Both the position numbers and the translations under genes were made by a program. From NCBI GenBank assembly GCA_002269645.1, contig NIVC01004847.1, positions 1 to 33,515 of the forward strand: a stretch of 33,515 nucleotides of DNA. The letters run 5' to 3'. Under the pieces are notes generated by a model. It saw only the letters and a list, made by a program, of their open reading frames with translations, made no database searches and was not told where the DNA came from. Shown in pieces: positions 27,900-33,515 of the stretch (position 1 is its first letter; each line of letters starts with the position of its first letter). The DNA comes from Macrostomum lignano (Eukaryota).

Positions 27900-30800
27900 C
27901 TGGTAGGGTGACAGATTACAGGTGATTACAGGTGATGACAGGTGATGACAGGTGATGACAGGTGATTACAGAAGATGATAGATGATTACAGGTGATGACA
28001 GAAGATTACAGGTGATGACAGAAGATTACAGGTGATGACAGATGACAGGTAACTACAGGATGACAGGTGATGACAGATGATGACAGATGATTACAGATGA
28101 TGACAAGTGATTACAGGTGATGACAGATGATTACAGATGATGACAAGTGATTACAGGTGATGACAGATGATTACAGGTGATGACAAAAGATTACAGGTGA
28201 TGACAGATGACAGGTAACTACAGGATGACAGGTGATGACAGATGATTACAGATGATGACAAGTGATTACAGGTGATGACAGATGATTACATGTGATGACA
28301 GATGATTACAGGTGATGACAGGTGATGACAGATGATGACAGGTGATGACAGATAATTACAGATAATGACAGGTGATTACAGATAATGACAGGTGATTACA
28401 GATAATGACAGATGATGACATGTGATTATAGATGACTGGTGATGATTGACGATGACAGGTGATTACAGATAATGACATGTGATTACAGAGAATTACAGTT
28501 GACAGGTGATGACAGATGATGACATGTGATTATAGGGAATTACAGATGATAACAGATGATGACAGATGTTGACAGGTGATGACAGATGATGAAAGGTGAT
28601 GACAGATGATGACAGGTGATGACAGATGATGACAGGTGAATACAGATGATGACAGATGAGGACAGGTGATTACAGGTGATGACAAGTGATGACAGGTGAT
28701 TACAGATGATGAAAGGTTATGAAAGGTTATGACAAGTGATTATAGAGGACAGGTGATGACTGATGATGACAGGTGATTACAGATAATGACATGTGATTAT
28801 AGGGAATTACAGATTATGACAGATGATTACAGATAATTACAGATGTTGACAGGTGATGACAGGTGATGAGAGGTGATGACAGATGATGACAAGTGATGAC
28901 AGGTGATTACAGATGATGAAAGGTGATGACTGATGATGACAGGTGATTACAGATAATGACATCAAAAGACTAATGCTAGGAAATGAAAAAGCACAGCAAC
29001 AATTGAGCCACCTTAGCATCGGTGAGTCCGCAGTTGGCAGCCTGCAGCTTTTTCAGCTTGGTGTTTTTGCCCAGCGCAGTCCACAGACGGTCCCAGTCCT
29101 GGCCGGAGATTTCGCGCAGATTATTCAGATTCAAATCCTGCAGATCGGCTGCGTCAGACTCCAGCCGCCTGATGCTGTCGTTCAAGTCAGTTGGGTTTGG
29201 CGGCTCGTCGGCCATGGCTTTGATGAGCTCGGACTTGGCCGTGGCGGTGAAGCCGCCTTCCAGGCTTTGGCCGGAGTTTTTCACAGAGTCCCAGTACTGG
29301 ACCTGCGGCGGGGGAGACGGCAGCGGAGGTTCAGATGGGAGCTTAGTGCATATGAAATTTATGGGATTTGGGATCTGAGAAATTTATGGGATTTTTTATT
29401 GGATCTGAGAAATTTATGGGATTTTAAATGGGATCTGTGAAATTTATGGGATTTTGGATGGGATCTGAGAAATTTATTGGATTTTTGATGGGATCTGTGA
29501 AATTTATGGGATTTTGGATGGGATCTGAGAAATTTATTGGATTTTTGATGGGATCTGTGAAATTTATGGGATTTTGGATGGGATCTGAGAAATTTATGGG
29601 ATTTTGGATCGGATCTGTGAAATTTATGGGATTCTGATATGTTATCTAAGAAATTGATGGGATTATTGGGATCTGTGAAATTCGTGGCATTATAGGATCT
29701 GTGAAATTTATGGGATTCACACTTATAATAGGCTTCAAAATCTAACGCTTCGTTAGTCTAAAAAACCTATTTAGAATTAAAAACCTATAGGATTAAAAAA
29801 AGCTCTTGCACACCCATAGTTGTTTGTGCAAACGAACTGTGTATATCAAAAACTGTGTATGCAATGTTTAAATTGTGCCAGACCAACTCCTCGCCAACTA
29901 TTTACTTTCACACACTTACAAATGGAAACATACTGAATTGACTATTTGCATTGACTGAATTCAATCTGCACAGATTTCAGTTGCCCTTGAAGAGGGCTGC
30001 ATGTGAAATGTTATTAGCTTGCTTCTGACTCAGCATTCCTAGGCACAATAACCTGGCATTTTAGCTTAATTATTACCCAAACACTGGGTTGGCAGCGCGC
30101 TCTTAGGAGGAACTCCTGCTTCCTGCTTCTCCACCGCTATCTCGTAGCCTCTTTCTATACTCCGCCCTCGTTTTCTTCCAGATTTGCTATCTTTCTTCAG
30201 ATTTCCAATCTGCCTCTAGATCTCCTAGCTCCCTCTAGATTTCCAATCTTTCTCTAGATCTCTCTTCCTCTAGATCTCCTCTCTCCTTCTAGATCTTCCT
30301 CTAGATCATCTCTCCCTCTAGATCTCCAACCTCCCTCTAGATCTCCTCTCTCCTTCTAGATCTCCTCTCTCCCTCTAGATCTCCAACCTCCTCTTGATCT
30401 CCTCTCTTCCTCTAGATCACCTCTCTCCCTCTAGATCTCCAACCTCCCTCTTGATCTCCTCTCTTCCTCTAGATCTCCTCTCTCCCTCTAGATCTCCTCT
30501 CTCCCTCTAGATCTCCAACCTCCCTCTAGATCTCCTCTCTCCTTCTAGATCTCCAACCTCCCTCTAGATCTCCTCTCTCCCTCTAGATCTCTCTTCCTCT
30601 AGATCTCCTCTCTCCTTCTAGATCTCCAACCTCCCTCTAGATCTCCTCTCTCCTTCTAAATCTCCTCTCTCCCTCTAGATCTCTCTCCTCTAGATCTCCT
30701 CTCTCCTTCTAGATCTCCTCTCTCCCTCTAGATCTCTCTCCTCTAAATCTCCTCTCTCCCTCTAGATCTCTCTCCTCTAGATCTCCTCTCTCCCTCTAGA

Positions 30801-32187
30801 TCTCCAACCTCCCTCTAGATCTCCTCTCTTCCTCTAGATCTCTCTCCTCTAGATCTCCTCTCTCCTCTAGATCTCCTCTCTTCCTCTAGATCTCCTCTCT
30901 TCCTCTAGATCTCTCTCCTCTAGATCTTCTCTCTCCCTCTAGATCTCCTCTCTCCCTCTAGATCTCCTCTCTCCTTCTAGATCTCCAACCTCCCTCTAGA
31001 TCTCCTCTCTCCTTCTAAATCTCCTCTCTCCCTCTAGATCTCCTCTCTTCCTCTAGATCTCCTCTCTCCCTCTAGATCTCTCTTCCTCTAGATCTCCTCT
31101 CTCCTTCTAGATCTCCAACCTCCCTCTAGATCTCCTCTCTCCTTCTAAATCTCCTCTCTCCCTCTAAATCTCCTCTCTCCCTTTAAATCTCCTCTCTCCC
31201 TCTAGATCTCCTCTCTTCCTCTAGATCTCTCTCCTCTAGATCTCCTCTCTTCCTCTAGATCTCCTCTCTTCCTCTAGATCTCTCTCCTCTAGATCTTCTC
31301 TCTCCCTCTAGATCTCCTCTCTTCCTCTACATCTCTCTCCTCTAGATCTTCTCTCTCCCTCTAGATCTCCTCTCTCCCTCTAGATCTCCACTTTCCCTCT
31401 GGATCTCCTCTATTCCTCTAAAAGTCTAGATCTTCTCTCTCCCTCTAGATCTCTCTCCTCTAGATCTCCTCTCTCCCTCTAGATCTCTCTCCTCTAGATC
31501 TCCTCTCTCCTAGATCTTTTCTCTCCCTCTAGATCTCCTCTCTCCCTCTGGATCTCCACTATCCCTTTTAAAGTCTAGATTTTCTTTTTCCCTCCAGATT
31601 TCCTCTTTCCCTCTAGATCCCCTCCCTATCTTCCTCTAGATCCCCTCTCTATCTTCCTCTAGATCTCCTCTCTCCCTCTAGATCTCCTTCCTCCCTCTAG
31701 ATCTCATCTAGATCTCCAATCCCCTATCGATCTCCCAGATCGCCAACCTGATTCATGATGCTGCTGAAGCCCAGAGCTGCGGCCAGATCAACGATCTCCT
31801 CTTCGCTGGCGTTGCGCAGGACGTCCTCAGTCTCGGGATCGAGTCCCATATCGGCCAGATCCTGATCGCTGAACGCTTTGACCGACTGCTCCTTGGGCAC
31901 GAACACTTTGCCCGGGTCTTCTTCTCGTACGGCACAGCCTCTTCCCAGTCCTTCTCTTTGGCTGCCTGGTCGCGCAAGAATTTAATGAGCCGGTCCCGGT
32001 CGAACGGTCCAGTCGGCTCTTTGTCAGTCTGGTTGCGGCAGCGCTGCGAGGGCGGCAGCAGGGAGTTGTCGGGGTCCAACTCGCTGTTAAGCTCGTCAAT
32101 CTCCTCCGGCGTGAGCTTGGCTAGCAGCTCGTCAACATCGATGTCCTCGTACTCCTTCAGGTCCTTGCCGAACAGCTTGGTGGTCAT
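27576..32187 (-). CDS. Tmod: Tropomodulin, 3 coding exons, ~351 aa after correcting a 1-nt gap: complement(join(27576..27899,29012..29302,31748..32187))
   Basis: MTTKLFGKDLKEYEDIDVDELLAKLTPEEIDEL...DPDNSLLPPSQRC..QT.KEPTGPFDR; NASEEEIVDLAAALG; LRR cap with LNLNN, NTKLKKL, LETLCLDSNIL, LRLSNQRQ. Both introns are GT-AG, phase 0. Confidence 0.93.
27905..28965. repeat. ~10-bp GATGACAGGT/GATTACAGAT minisatellite filling tropomodulin intron 2
   Basis: Read directly. Confidence 0.95.
29012..29302 (-). CDS. Tmod: Tropomodulin exon 2
   Basis: ccgcag|VQYWDSVKN...EPPNPTDLND...ANCGLTDAK|gtggct; 97 codons. Confidence 0.92.
29351..29718. repeat. 30-bp GGGATCTGTGAAATTTATGGGATTTTTGAT minisatellite with a 60-bp dimer period
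   Basis: 29461-29520 is identical to 29521-29580. Confidence 0.93.
30190..31735. repeat. ~17-19-bp CCTCTAGATCTCCTCTCTC minisatellite in tropomodulin intron 1
   Basis: Read directly. Confidence 0.95.
31748..32187 (-). CDS. Tmod: Tropomodulin exon 1 (tropomyosin- and actin-binding N-terminal half); apparent 1-nt deletion at 31911-31913
   Basis: Two ORFs join as KKTR-G-KVFVPK if one G is added; donor CAG|gttggc. Confidence 0.9.
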
Positions 32188-33515
32188 GATGTACTTTTTA
32201 GTTGCTATCGCATGCAATGTTAAGATTACAGCCCGTTAAATATTGGTTCAACTTTTAACGATTTTTATTTCATTACGAGGGGTGGCAAAAAAGTATGCTC
32301 ATAATTATAGTGTTGCAATGTATCTTTGGAAAGTGGCAATTACCTTATTTATTGAACTAATTTTTCAAAAGCTTTAGATTCAGATACAGATATATGGCTG
32401 GCTGTTGAGAAGATTTAGAACAAGATCAGTCATATGCTTATACAGTCTGGCATATTTGCTAAAAATAGCATTTGCAACTAGATTGATATTTCTTGCAAAC
32501 CTTTGCAGTTTTATCCATTAATCATTAGAGCTCTTGGGTTAATAGATTGGAGGATAGAAATAAATTATTAAATGAATGTTGCCAGGGGAACTCTTAAGTC
32601 CTTGGGATTGAGGACTCATACAACCAAGATTTTTGACTCTATGTGCATATTGTGTGATAGAGGCTAAAGAGGAAATTACGAGTACTTAGCTATGGGTACA
32701 GATATAGTATATATAGTATAGGCAAAAGAACAAAATTTTAGGTGTTATTTGTAGAGATATCTATAAAAAAGTTTTTTATTAAAGATTATTTTAAGGCTAT
32801 ATTAAAAAAGAAATGTTTTTATCATTAAAGTTTACAGAGAAAATTTACAGACAAATATAGAATTGTGATCTTTTGAATTTATGTTTTCTAATCGAAATCC
32901 AGTGAATAGCTCTGCTTTTATTATGGTCAGAATTTTATGAGGATTCTTTATAGGTCGATGGTTTCTATGTTTAAATATTCTAGGACAATTTAAAATGATC
33001 TGCACAAAAAAATCTAATTAGTTTGATTTTTTCTTTAATATATTAATCTTTTGATAGAAACTTTCAAATATATATACAAACATAAATCTTAACAAAACAG
33101 TTACAAATTAATATTATGAAGCTTCTTATCACTAAAATGACTATACTATACTCATGAAATTTTAATTTTTCATAAAATATGAAGCATTCTACCAAATGCA
33201 ACTTGTCACCAATTGACTAGTATCTATATATACTAGGTTTTATAATTGTCACCTTTTTGATTGGTTCAATGATAAATAGATCTATCTATCTATAACTACA
33301 TTTTAATGTAATTAAATAAAACTAGGCTAGGGCTAGGCAAAAAACTAAAGCTAGGCAAAAAACTAAAGATTTTATAAAATTACAATTTAAAATTACAAGT
33401 CAAATACAAAGTAGCATATTAGATTCATTTAAATAGTCTATGACCTCTCTGTGGAGTTGGGAGTTTATTGGGAATTACGGTTACTTCAGTGATAGTCAGT
33501 TTGGTGACAATCAGT

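Noticed and set aside
27905-28965. Repeated CAG|GTGA as recursive splice sites
   Set aside because: They lie on the strand opposite the tropomodulin transcript.
32220-33515. Abrupt AT-rich block
   Set aside because: Consistent with ordinary upstream or intronic DNA; no ORF, RNA gene or element ends recognised.

Overview
Eukaryotic, intron-containing invertebrate DNA. Exons are GC-rich; introns and spacers are filled with simple and minisatellite repeats. The style resembles a repeat-rich flatworm genome such as Macrostomum, but that is an inference only. From left to right the window holds: (1) the last exon of a GH38 alpha-mannosidase; (2) an intact 1332-bp DD34D mariner with 28-bp TIRs and a TA duplication; (3) a decayed minus-strand Ty3/Gypsy (Mag-like) LTR element with a truncated 5' LTR and a PAPVQ repeat in the integrase tail; (4) an apparently single-exon GT32 DxD glycosyltransferase; (5) a 7-exon, 469-aa, highly divergent Cys-loop ligand-gated ion channel subunit, rebuilt by hand from splice phases and not visible as one ORF in the track; (6) two inverted copies of a tRNA-derived SINE bracketing the M1-M3 exon of that channel; (7) a 736-bp foldback-type non-autonomous DNA element with an 8-bp TSD; (8) a 3-exon tropomodulin on the minus strand with one probable homopolymer sequencing error. 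Most long ORFs in the track are artefacts of tandem repeats. The strongest novelty candidate is the channel: it keeps the C-x13-C loop but lacks the M1 proline and the PAR/GEK selectivity motif, and its M1-M2-M3 segment is about 8 residues short.
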